This document shows, in pieces, positions 10,701-25,700 of a stretch of DNA of 64,000 bases. Numbering within the stretch: the first letter of the stretch is position 1; every line of letters begins with the position of its first letter. Under the pieces are notes generated by a model, which did not search any database, was not told where the DNA came from, and worked only from the letters and a program-made list of their open reading frames with translations. Position numbers and translations under genes: made by a program. Source of the DNA: Nanobdellati archaeon (lineage in GTDB: Archaea; EX4484-52; GLR71); assembly GCA_019429005.1 (NCBI GenBank), contig JAHYJR010000003.1:7961-71960 (forward strand). The letters are read 5' to 3'.

Positions 10701-13700
10701 ATGTACATGAATCAAGATATGCTTCTAATGCAGATGTTTCAAGTGCTATATCAATCTTACTAGTATTTGAAAATTCGCCATCATAAGACCATAATACGTT
10801 ATCTGTACCAACAAGAGTTATTAAAATATTATCAGGAAACGGTGGTCCACTAACAGCCTGAAGTGTCATTGTCATATTTCGTATCTGCACATATTTACGC
10901 ATATCAAGATATACCATATGAGACGGTTGTGAATTAAAATTAACTACAACTGGCGATGCATTCACAAAGTTTGTAATTGTCTCATTTGGCATAAGTGTCA
11001 TATTAGGTGTTATATAATCTACATAAGCCCATACTGTATCAATACCAGCTTCATCTGTCACATTTATATCTAAAACGATAGTCTCATTTATATCTGCAGA
11101 AGATATATCTATATAAAGTATCTCAGGTTCATCTATATCTGGAACAACCTCAATTTGTATTGTTAGATTGTCCATACACCTTGATGCATTTTGACAAAAT
11201 GTCCCTGTAGCATTAAAAAGAACAACTGCGGTATATGTTCCAAATGACTGATTCAAAGGAACGCCAACACTAACAGATACAACATCATCAAATCTCTTTG
11301 TTATGCTTGAGATAGATACAGGTTCATATGTTAAAGACCAGTTAATATCCATATTTCCAGATGCTTTTGAATATTCAATAACCCAAAGATCTTCATTACC
11401 AGTTGCTCCAATAGTTACATTAAAGATTTTTGTTTCACCAGGAACAAGAGATGCGGTTATATTTTTTGAAGATGGTACTAATAAACTTAATTCTGGACTT
11501 GACAATACAATAACATTAGTCAAATTAAATAATGATGGACCTGGATATGTATTTGATTTTAACCATGAAATAATTCCTTTGATATCATGTGTATTTACAG
11601 TTGCATCAGCTGTAACATTAACTGTTAATACTTTATGACATATTGAACCTGGCGCTATGTCACCACAACTTATCTTATAGTTATCAACAAACGTGAAATT
11701 ATTTGGTACTAAAATTATGCCTTGAGTCGCATCAGGATCATATGCACTACCATCACGATATACTATAATATCCGAATCAAACATTGTACCATTACCAATA
11801 TTTTCAAGATCAAATGTTATATTAAATAGATATGTATTCAATGTTGAAATTTCATTTACATATTCTCTATCAGGTGACTGATATAAAACATAATCTGTAG
11901 TTGTTATAATTGTTATGTTTGAAACAAACACATTATCTGCATTAGGTCCATATACATCTACCGCATAAACACTAAGATCATATAATCCTTGAACCATATT
12001 ATTGAACGGGTCAACAGGTAAATAAACTCCGCTATATTGACCATCTTTAGTATTACCTGATATAAGAGTCAAATTAACTGTAACAAGATATGCACCTTTA
12101 GAAATTGTAGCATACGCATATGACATCATAACATCATCTGAAATGTTCGCAAGAATTGTAATATTATCCTTATTTACTTCAACTGAAATCTTATCAAGAG
12201 ACGTACCATAAATAATTGGTGCAACAAGATCCTTTACATCCGTTGTATCGTTAACACTAATTACTGATGCATTATAATACAATGTTTGATTATCTCCTAT
12301 TGAACACATCAATGTTGCAACACCAAGTTGTTCAGGTATCCAAGAGAATGTTGCATTACCATCTAAACCTGTTGTTTTTGAACCTACAATAACATATCCA
12401 GGTATTGTTGAATTATAATAATAAACAGATACAGGATAATCTTGAACTGACATATTATTCGATGAATCTTTAACACCACATTTCACATTATTGACAACAC
12501 CATAAACCATAGTGCTTGATATATTGAACACAGGTTCTGATGTACCTATTACGACCATATCTGTCTGAAGTACATTTGAAAATCCATATAAATCTTTTGT
12601 CGCATTAAAATATATTGTATAATTACCAACTTCAGCATTATCATCAATATTCCATAAGACATCACAATATGTCATTGAACCAGTTGAACAATTATCTATA
12701 AAATGTAAAGCAGACGTTGTCAAATTTTCATAATAAAATGCAACTACAGAATCTGTACCAATATCCCCAGTTTCTGTAGTAATATTCGCTGTGAAATTTA
12801 CAGTATAAGGTGTAGCAAATGCATCATCACGATATATCATATCAGACTGTTTTGATAGATTGATATATACCTTACCTAAAACCCTTATCAATTTAAAATT
12901 TTCTTTTAGACTTGCAAAATAATATTGAGTCATATTATCTGTAATATTACACATGAATGTATGATTTCCAGCAGTCTCATTTGTTGCATTCCAAACAACA
13001 TTTGCATAACCTAATGCATCTGTATAATTCATACCAACATCAATTGATTCATAATTACCTGTGTCATTTTTCACAAAGAACATAACAGAATAATTAGCAA
13101 GCACTCTTGAATCATTTGCATCTGAGACTTTACAGGTAACATCAATTAAACCTCTTTGAATATCTACTGATGGTGAAACAACCTCAACTTTTGACCATCC
13201 ATATAATGTAATATTTGTTGAATTTGTATCCTCAACATTATAAGGTGCAACAACTTCAGCTGTAAGTGTATAATTGCCAGGCAACTCATTATCAGCAACA
13301 TACCATAAATCATTCATATTTACAGTTGATAAGATTGTTTTTTCAATAACACCATTTGAAATATTCCAAGTTACAACAGGTGAAATTACAGAACCACAAG
13401 TATTATTGAACGTTGAATTAAGTGCCTGATTAAGACTCTTATATATATTATAATCTGTAGCATTTGGATAATCAATAATAATAGATAACACATCAACAAT
13501 ATCAACATTATATGATGTAATATTTAATGGAATCTTTGGCGAATAAAACATATCTGAATTTGAAGTTATTGAAACATTCACAATATATGCACCAACTGAA
13601 TCAGTACAATCTGTAGACCATGTAATATTACAGATTCCAGTTCCATTTGTTTTAGTGACTGTAACAGACTCACCGGGTATTTCCCAAATACAATTATAAT

Positions 13701-16700
13701 CAGGTATTACAGAACTATTATGATAATCATAAACTTTAGCTGTAAATGTTATGTTATCCATTCTTGTTACATTAGTTGCATTAGATACAGTCTCAATTGC
13801 AGAATGTCCCCAAACATAAACTGAAACATTGTTAGATATAAATGGTGTCTCAATATTAATATTATCATAATAATCCTCAGTTGCGCTTACATTAATTATG
13901 TATGCTCCATGACTTTTTCCAACTGGAACTGTCCACCATGTATCAGCAGTATTTGTAAATAGACTTTCTTGACTACCTGTACCATTTAATTCAAATGTCC
14001 AATTAACGCCGGCAATATTTATCTCAGCCAAATTTTCATCAGTAACAGACGAATTCAAATAAACTAATTCATTCTTAAATATTATCAGACCATCTGCAAT
14101 TCCAATTATATTAATCCCATATCGTCCATAAACATCAACAGATTCAGATGTTTCTCCTGCCATAAATATTGGCGTTCCTTCATATAACGCTAAATATTTC
14201 AATGTATATGTCCCAACTTCAGCAATATCCGTTATATTCCACAAAACACCGCATGTACCATTTTCATTCGTTATACAACTATCAATTGTATGATTTTGTA
14301 AATCAGTAAGGTTAAAATAATAATATGTAACATTAGTATTATTTAATGCAGTCGCATTATCATCAAAGACGGTAATATTTACAAAAGATTCAAACGGTGA
14401 ATACAAATCATTTCTATAAATCTTTTTAGGATCTGAATCAAACTCAACTGTTACAAACTTTATTTCAGAATCAAAACTATTTTGATTTGGAAGTGCATGA
14501 TAATAAAGAGTTGCATTATCTGTTATGTTACAAGTATAATTGAATCGTGTTCCTTCAATTGCTGATGAATTCCATGAGGTATATGCAATACCGCTAGCAT
14601 CTGTTACATTAGATGGCACTGTATCATTTGTAATATAAAACTTAACAGGATAATCTTTAACTAAAATTGCAGGTGTCGGATTATCTAAAACATTACATTT
14701 GAAATCAATCATGCCTTTACTATAATATCCACTCTTTGGCTCAGAATTAGAATAACCTACTTCAACCCAACTATATACAGTCTTATTAGTTGAAACATAA
14801 GATGTGAAAAAACCATCAGATGCTAAACTAATATTTAGACTCACATTTCCAACAATACTGATACTTCCAACAGGCCATGACAATGTAACTGTATCTCCAC
14901 TTGTCACAGTAGAACTTTTAGGCGAACCATCAACATAAAGATAATCATTTGTAACAATGCTTTCATCTAAAAGATTATTACAAGAATCTCTTAATACTAC
15001 TGAAATTATTACAAGATCTTTCTTATGCACTTCAGGCCTTTCGATAATATCGGGATAACCATAAGGAGGATTTACAGAACCACTAGTTCTAGATGACCCT
15101 AGTATATCAAATGTAGATATTGTACCATTTATTATTGAAGTTATACCAGATATGATTAAATCTGAATCAACAGTAGGTTCTGGCGTATAAAATTTGCCAG
15201 CATCTTCAAATATTTCAACACCAATTGTATGATTTCCAACAGTATCAACATCATCACCAGCACCTGGAACTGTATTACAATCAGTATACCACGTTACATT
15301 ACAATAACCTGATGCATTCGTCTTATGGACTTCAGTCCGTCCATCAAGAGTCCATGAACAATTATAACCTTCAAGTCCTTCAGAATAATTATGGAAATTA
15401 TATACTCTTGCGATAAATGTTAAATTATCAAGCTGATTATACGTCGAATAATTAACAGGCGCAATATATTCAATACCAGCTCGACCCCAAACAGAAACAT
15501 TAAACATTGACCATGTGATAGAATTATTATCATCAGTATCATCATAATACTGTTTTTGGGCTGTCAGATTAAGATAATATTCTCCAAGAGCCTGTGTCAT
15601 ATTAATTATTTGACTATCTAATACAATCGAAGTATTAAGGAACTCTATAACCTGTGACATAGATGTTCTATTTATAAGATTCCAAAAAATCCAATCTGGA
15701 GATGATTGAACAACAGCAAGACCATTTTCATCAATAATTGTTGCATTTAAAGGATATATAATATCCCTATAAAGCCTTTGATCAAATACAGGTGTAATTA
15801 TACTAGCATTAAATTTAGCCTTAACTTGTACAACAAAATTACCTATCACAGCCGGTTTAAAATATGCAGCTGTAGTATTATAATATATCTGATAATCACC
15901 TGGTTCAGCATTATACGAGATATTCCAAGTGATATTGCAATATCCTGGAACAGCTACAGTTGTATTGCATAAACCTATTGTGATATTTTGTAATGATGTC
16001 AGATTAGTATAATAAAACGCAACAGTTGAATTCACAACAAGATTAGTATTCTCATCTGTAACTGTCACATTTAACATTGTCTTAAATGGAATAAATGAAT
16101 CATTTCTATATATCATAGCTTCTTGACTTTCAGCTACAGAATATAATTGTCCTCTAAGATCTATTCCTTGTGTAGCTTCTGCTCTAGGTGCCCATGATGT
16201 GAAATTTAAAGTTGAATTACTTGTAATATTACATTTGACTATATGCTCACCAACCTGAACCTGACTTGCATTCCAATAATAAACCGCAAGACCAGAACCA
16301 TTAGTAAGATTCACATTAGATACACTCAGATTTGTATAATCATAAAACCCTGGAAGAGAATCCCAGAAATATACAGGATACTCTGAAATAGATTCATTAG
16401 TATGATTATCTGTCACATTACAATATATTGGTATTGTATTATTCCTATCAAAAAGCATATCAACAATTGGAGATGTCAAATTGATAACAGACCAACCCCA
16501 AATTGGCATGTTATAAATCTCATATGAATGCGTATCATAATATGGATGCATTGCAGTTGCATTTAAGGTGAAATTACCTATTGGATATGTTCCATTTATG
16601 TACCATAAATCTGTACCATTACCATTCTCAACTGAAAGGTCTGTCCAACCATTCCTATAAACGGTCCAATTAACAACAGGATCTGTAGACCTGTATGAAT

Positions 16701-19700
16701 TTGAATAGACAAGAGTGTCACAAGAATCTGTTATGTTAAGATCCATTAATACAGTTGTATCTTTATTAAGCTCATATATAGACGCGTTCGGACTTAATAT
16801 TGTAACATTAAGAGTATCTCGCAATATCAGATTAGTCTGTTTTGAATACTCACTTACTTCAGGAGTATAATATTTTGGTGCATCTTCATAGATTGTTACA
16901 TTTATGATATGGTTTCCAACCCAGTTATCACCAGTAGCCCAATTACTACAATTTGTAATCCAAGTGAAATTACAATAACCACTTGAATTTGTAACAGTGA
17001 CAACCTCAACACCATCATCAGTACGCCATGTACAATTATAATCTGACAATCCATCGTCTGAAACGCTATTATAATTATAGACTTTAGCGATATATATTAT
17101 ATCTGAATCACCACGATATTTTGATGTGTAACTATTGATTATATTGACAGCCGCCCTACCCCAAACTTCAACAGTCATATTAATTGAAGAAACACTTTCA
17201 TTTGTAATTATATCATCATAATAGATTTTTTCAACAGTAGCATTAAGCCAATATTGACCAAGATCTTGAGTCTTACTCAATGAATCATCAATAGAAATAT
17301 CAGTTGTATTTGATATTGAAGTCACATCAGATAAATCTGTAAAATTTAATATTGTCCAATTAATACTTGTCGCATTCATAAACCCAACAGAGTTTTCATC
17401 TAAAATATCAATTGTGAAATTATGTGTTTCATTCCGATATAGGCGCATACCATAATAATTATCTGTACTGCCATTTGGATACGCAATCACAATAATATCA
17501 GTCTTAGCTTTAACAATGATACTTTCAAACACATCACTTTGTGACGTATAATCAAGATTTTCTGCAGACGCGATTATAGTATAATTTTCAGGTGATTCTA
17601 GATCATTTATATTAAATAATATCTCACAAAGACCACTTGAAATGTCTGTAGTGTTACATACACCAATTGACTTTTCCATAGGCGACCAAGATGGTAATGT
17701 ATAATTAAGTGTGACTGTCGCATTTGAGATTGTCATATTAAGCTCATCAGTGATGTTGAATGTAATATTTGTAGTGAATGGCGAAAAAGAATCATTCCTA
17801 TATATCACAGGATATTCTATATCGGTTATATTGATGTAAAGTTTACCTTTAAGATCCAATGTGATATTATTGCTTGTATTGATTGGTGCTGTATAATATA
17901 ATGTGTAATTATCAGCGATACGACAAGCAACATAATGCGATCCTGCATTATACAAACTTGTATCCCAACTAAATATTGCATCACCAGTCAGATTTGTCAC
18001 ATTTGTACCGATAATGCTATATGTTGATGAATATTTATCCATATTAAGGAACTCAACCGGATATGATTCAATATTTTGACTTGTATTGAGATCAAGAACA
18101 TTACAGCTCATAAGTATTGTAGTATTCCTCACATAACTTGCAGACTGTGGAAGGTTAAGTGTAACATTAGCCCAACCAAATACAGCAATAATTTTAGATG
18201 ACATTGTTGAATTATAAAGATCTTTTGATGAAGTCACATTCATTGTGTAGTTACCAAGATTATGATTATAAGTAACATTCCAGGTATCATTCTGCAAAGA
18301 TCCAACAGATTCATACCAAATTGATGTTGTCTGATTGTATATATCCCAATTGACAACAGATGCCGAAACAGTATTACCACACTCATCCCTTACTTCAGAT
18401 ATAAGAGATGTACTATCATTTCGCTGTATAAGATAATATGATGGTTCAACAATTGTCACATCAAGAGCACCGGTTAAATTAGTATAAGTCTCATCATTAT
18501 TATCATTAGGAGCATTAGGCTCATAATTTAACATGCTTGTTGATGAAATATTTACTTTTGTAGTATGCTGACCGATAGATTGATTATCACCTTCATCCGC
18601 ACCAGCACCAGGATTTGAACAGCCTGTTAACCAAGTCACATTACAATAACCAGACGCATTTGTAGGTGTCAATTTCTGTTGACCATCATAATCCCAAGTA
18701 CAATTATAACCTAATATTAAAAGAGATGCATTAAATTTATCAGACACTTTCGCAATATAAGTTATGTTTTCACCCCTCTCTCTAGAATCATATTCTTGCA
18801 CAATATCAACAACAGATTTTGCCCATACATCAACTGTCACATTTGCATCTAAAACAGATGCATTACTTCCCATAAATTCATAATATTGTTTCCAAACTGT
18901 AAGGTTCACAACATTATCATACAAAGAATGATACGGAACAACAACAGATATATTCTGTGATAACGTATCAATAAGAGGTGTTATAAGACCTAATGACACA
19001 TTTACAATACTCCAATTATTTTGTGTATCATAAACGAAATTACCATTTTCATCTGTAACTGTCACATTAAACCAAGTCAAGTCAAGTGGATATTGCCTAA
19101 ATACAACCTCATTTGGATATGGACTTGTTATATTAATTTGGATTTTTCCTTTTACTAAAACATTTGTGAAATACTCACTTGAATTCTCATAAGTTGTAAG
19201 TGTGTGAGTCGCTTTATATCGAATATTATAATTATTTGGAACAATTGTTGCAACCGGATTCCAAACAACCGGATTTGTACAATAACCAGTAATGTTTGTA
19301 ATACAAGTACCAATAAGCTGGAAAACATCATTTGTATCATTATACCAATATTCTATTGTTGCACCATCTACAGAAGATCCAACATCAATCACTTTTGATA
19401 TGAACTTTGTGCTATATGGACCAGATGCAGGTAATGTATCATTCCTATATATCATAGTTTCAGTAACATTCTGAAGATCAACTTCCATTGACGCCGTCAT
19501 ATTAAGCTGAACACTTGAAACCACACGAGATGCCGTATAGTTCAAAGTTGAATTATCTGTAATATTACAATAAATTGTATATAGACCACCTTTGATATTA
19601 AGTGTATCCCATGTAAAATTAAAATAACCATCTGAATCTGTAACACTATAATTAATAAAACCAGATTCATTTATTGTCGCTGTTATAAGAGAATATGTTA

Positions 19701-22700
19701 TATTTACAGGATATCCTTCAAGATCTAAAAGTGCAGGATTTGTAACATTTGCATCATTAACATAACAGCTTATATTCAATTCACTACGTTCATATGTTTT
19801 TGAAACATTTAAAACAGGCTCTACAATTGTAACATCGGAATAACCCCAAACACTAATTTCAAGATCATCATAATCTGAAACATAATATTGCTGTGTACCA
19901 TTAGCTCTTAATGTATAATTCTTTATCTCAAAGAAATCCGGATTAATGTTCCAAACATCACTAAGTCCATCACCAGATATATTAAGAGTGCCAACCGATG
20001 GCTCCGGAACCAAAGACCAATTCACAACAGACGGTGATGCAATAAGAAGATCGTCACCACATTGATCCTCAACACTTACAAAAAGATTCACAGTATCATC
20101 ACGATGTACAATTCTTGTAACACTAGCATCTACATAAGGTCCATCAGATGCTTTGAAAAATACATTAAGACTTCCATTAAGTGTTGTAACTATTTGAGAC
20201 GTTTCATAACCAGACCTTGGTGTATAAAACAAAGATGGTGTCTCATAAATTTTTACAATTACATCATTTGGACCAATATTATTATAATCATTATTTGTAC
20301 AATCTGTATCCCATGTATAATAACAGAAACTGGAACCCATTGTTTCATTTATAAGAATTGGGGTCACTGATTCAGTTATATTAAATTCACAATCAAAACC
20401 ACTTATAAACTTAGTATTATTGTAATAGTTATACACTTGTACACCATACAAAATCGAACTACTATCTAAAGGATAAATTGAATTGTTTTGACCAGGATAA
20501 AATTCAACTACAGAATAACCCCAAACTTCTACAGGTATCTCCTTTGAAACAAGATAATCATCATTATCAATACTTGGACTACCCAAAGAATCATAATATT
20601 CTTTAAGCATATCAACTTTGAATATAGACTCACCCAATGTCTGATTATAAGGAACTGTCACATTGGTTGCATCATAAGTATTTCCATTCTCAAGAAGCGT
20701 TGAATTTACATACCATTTAGTATCATTAAGAACATATAACACATCACCATTTTCAGATAAAATTGACGTGTTAAACATATAACTATCATTTTGATATAAT
20801 CTTAAATTTATAGATGGTTGGGTTATTGTGAAATTAAACCTACCTCGTGTTTCAACTTTCTCATATTTTGTATCATAATCAAACAATGGTTTTGTTACAA
20901 TAACTATTACAGAATAATTAAATGGTTCAATAGTATCTGACGGATTCCATATAACAGAAACTGGACACACACCAGATTCATTTGTGATACATGAATCAAT
21001 ATATATCTGTGAATTTGAACTTGTGTTATAATAATATGTCACATTTGTACCGTTAATTGGCCAATCTTCATCTGTAACATTAGCAAAAAGTACCGTCTGA
21101 CTTGGTGTAAATGTATCATTTCGATAGATCTTATTATCTGAAATATTATAACTTACATTAAGCACACCAAGTATTACTATATCCTGAATCATTTCAAAAT
21201 CAATTGTTGTATTATAATAGACATCAGTATAATCTGAAATATTACACTTTATTGTGTATATACCACCTGGTACATACCTAGCATCAAATACCGCAGATGT
21301 TACACCGCTAAGAGATGTATTGTCGGAGGCGATAAAATAATCGGTATAATTGAAAGTGTACCAGAACTCAACTGGATATGTAACATTTACAGGATCTGTC
21401 ATATTAGCATCTTTAACATCACAAGTTATGTTGATTAAAGATTTCTCAAACTGCTGCGGATTTTCTAGAGGGTATTTAGGATTTGTAATGTTTGACAGAT
21501 TTACAAAAGACCAACCCCAAACCTCAACAGGTTTAAAATCATACGACATATTATAATTGACAAGCTGTGTTGTCACATTCAAATCAAACTGCCCTAATTT
21601 ATGGTCATTTGGTATCAAATAGGTTCCATTTTCAGAATTATTAATAACACTATCAAAACCAGTCCGCTCAAGATTCCACTGAACTTGAGATCCTACCACA
21701 GTATCCATACATTCATCAACAATAATTGTTTCAAGGAACATTGTTTCAGTCTTAAAGAACGCTGTCATATTTGGCTGGACAATCGTTATGTTAAGAGGTG
21801 CTGTCAAATTAAGGTTAGTATTATTTGTACTATTACCTAAATCCGTAGTATAATACATATATGTCTCATTTGGTATCACAATAGATGCAATATGATTTCC
21901 AATAGTATCTGAATCACTTGATATGTCAACAACAGGACACATAGTATTCCATGTGATGTTACAGAAACCACTTTCATTTGTAAATGTTATATTATTCATA
22001 CCATTAAATGTCCAGTTACATGTGTAATTGTATATACCAGTAATATTATCTGCATCATAAACTCTTGCAATATATGTTATGTTTAAACCTCTTGCAAACT
22101 TTTCTGTAGGAAGAGGTGCAATAAATTCAACTGCAGATTTACCCCAAATACCAATTGAGACAGAATCATGGATATTCTCATGTGTTGGATTAGAAGTTAT
22201 ATCAAAATAATATGAATCCTTAAATGCATAGACTTCAACATCCTGTAAATTGGTTAAATTATTCCAGACATTCCAAGTTGTATTTTGACTGTTACCAATG
22301 ACATTTGCCATATCACCATTAAGATACCATAATATACTTGTGACAAACGATTCATCAACAACAGTCCCATTATCAAGGACCATTGTCATATTAAGTGACA
22401 CAGGGTCACCTTTATAATAAGAACTAGCAGGTAATGGACTTATGATTGTCGCATTTATTTTACCTAAAACTCTTGATGTGACATTTTTAGTGATGGAATT
22501 ATAATAATTCACACCCCTTGTCGCATTATAATATAATGTATATGAACTCGGATTAATTGTATTATCCGGATCCCATCCAAATATAACTTTTCCGTCAACA
22601 GCAGTCAAACCAGATTGGACAACACCAGGAGCCCCAGGAGTATACAACCATATTGTTGCATCTTTTATTGGCATTTGATTCTCATCGCTCACATTACATG

Positions 22701-25700
22701 AATACGAGATACTGTCACCCATCCGATAAACCCAATCTTTACTTACCGTCTGATTAACACAATCAACAAAAAGAAAACCTTTTAGATTTATAGTTGTTTC
22801 TGCTTCAGTTTTAAATGCTGTATAATTAATAAGAGGATAATCTGAGATGTTACATGTTACAATATGATCTCCTGTTGGAATCGTACTTATATTCCATTCA
22901 TAATATGCAATACCAACTGATGTCTGTGTAGTATTGATAAGAGTCACAAATGTTCCAGATACATTCGTAAAATTATCCCAGAATTTAACCTGATAACCAT
23001 TCAAAAGTGCATTAGTATCACGATCTGTGACATTACAAGTTAAATTTACAATAGAACTCCGATCATATTTTGTTATGTTACCTTCAAAAGGATTTATAAA
23101 AGATACATCTGAACGACCAAATATTTGCACATCACCAATAGAAGTAAAATTATTACCATAATAACTATGTGACACATTTGCAAAAAGTGTAAAATTGCCT
23201 AAATCATGACTCTGTTTTATATACCATGAATCAGTACCATTACCAGTATCATTCACAACCTCAAAAAAGGACGGTCTCTCTAAAGTCCAATTAATAGCAA
23301 CATCACCTAAATGTGTATTATCTGGTATATAATAACCACATTCATCTGTTATATTTGCTATAAGACTTACTGTATCATTCTTATGTAACGGATACATAGA
23401 CGAATTAGGTATAAGTATATCTATTTTTGATATATTTCCTCTTAAATCATTTGTAAAAGATCTATAATTTGCAGTCACGGTATCAACCGCATAAAATAAT
23501 GTAGCATTATCATATATTGTTGCATTTAAATCATGTCCACCAACCCAAGTAGAACAATCTGTAGTCCAATTATAATAACAGATACCATTATTTACAGACA
23601 CTGAAGATGTTCCACCAACATCATCACGAGCCCAGATACAGTTATAATCAACATCAATTTGTGGCGAATCATATTTGTTATGTACCCTTACAGCAAATTG
23701 AACAACATCACCACGTTCATCTGTAGTTGAAACAGATGAATTATATTCAATAAGTAAACGGCCCCAAACTTCAATTGAATTATTATATATTGTAACAGAA
23801 TCATTTGTATCTATACTATCATAAAATTCTTTTTCAACACGTATCTTTAATATATGATTACCAAGAACGTGATATGGCATAGTTAAACTTGAATTCAAAA
23901 AGGTTGTATTTGTAATATGAGTTTCACTTAAGTCAGTTCCATTAACAATTAACCATTCAGTATTATCTGTCAAATTTATATATTCGCCATTTTCCGTGAT
24001 AAATGTCATATTAAGATCTGATGTTTCGTTACGGAATATTCTGTATGTTGGATATGTGATATTCAATTTAATCTTTCCACGAACTTCAATAGTATTATTT
24101 TTCTGGACTGGTTGATATTGTGGTAAATTTGTTGCATTATAAGATATTATATAATCTGACGGTGATATGTCGTCTGGAACATCCATAATAACCGCACAAT
24201 TACCCGTCTCATTTGACAAACAATTATCTATAAAGATATTATCAGTACCATTATAATATGAAAAACTTACAAACGAATTATTCAAAAATAAACCAAGCTC
24301 ATCTATAACAACCACATAAAGTTCTGTAAAATTAGGATAAAAAGAATCATTTCTATATATATGACTTTCAGATTTAAAGAGCGTTATAAACGTATAACCT
24401 CTTAAATCTAGCATTGCTTTATTAGATTCTACTTGATATGCTGTATAATATTGTGTTGAATTATCTGTTATGTTACATGTCACATTATGTGGTGATGCTG
24501 AAGATTCACTTGCATTCCATAAAAATGTTGCATAACCAGAACTATTTGTAAAGTTAGTTCCAATTGTAGACGTATCTGTACCATTATTATCAATAAATGT
24601 CACAAAATAATTTTCTAATCCTGATGAATTACTCACATCATCTACATAACATATTAAATTAATTGTATCATTCCTAAAATAAATTTCACTAAGTGGAGAT
24701 ATGAAAGTTATATTCGACCAGCCCCATATTGAAACATCAACAGATGTCCAATTAGTGGTATAATATGTCCGCCCTGAAGTCACATGGATTGTAAAGTTAC
24801 CAAGAGCATGACTTATATCAATATATTTTGTAGTATTATACTCTCCAGATACACCAACACTTGAATAATTCCACCACTCTACATATGTGCTACCATCCCA
24901 TAATGTTACATTAACACCAACATCATCTATCTGGCGTCCACATTCAAATACCTGTACAGATACTGGAACAATTGTATCTTTCTGTAAAGGCATATCAATC
25001 ATTGCATTTGGAGATATAATGTATGAATCAATATCACCTCGTACTTCTAAACTAGTATTACTTGTATTCAAAGAAATGTCCTGTAATGGATTATAAAATA
25101 ATGATAATTCTTCACCAATCAAAACTGTTACATTTTGTATTGTCGCATTATCAGCACAATCTGTAGACCATGTATAATGACAATAACCAGTTGCATTTGT
25201 CTTATTGACAAACACATCTCCCTCACTTGTCTGCCATGTACAATTATAATCAGCAATTCCTGTGTCATTATAATAATCATAAACAAATGCAGTAAATAAA
25301 GCATCAGTACCACGAATAACAAGAGTAGGTGCAACAGTTATATTTACAACAGAACGTCCAAATATAACAACAGATTTATTTTTTGATGCAGTATCTAGAT
25401 ATGTTGGCATCTCATCATAATACTCTTTTGTAGTATTAACATAGATATAATGATTACCTAATGAATGATTAGACACATCAAAAAGTTTCAGACTGGTATC
25501 ATTTACAATAACTGAAATATTAGTATATTCCGATGTTGCATTATTAAATATCCACCAATTCATATAAAGTGGACTTTCAGATGCTGAAAATTGTGTTCCA
25601 TTCTCAAAAGACAAAATGGAACGGAAATAATGTGTTTCATCCTTATATACCCTATTATTGTATTTCTCAGTACCTGAATAATCATCTAATGGATAAAATA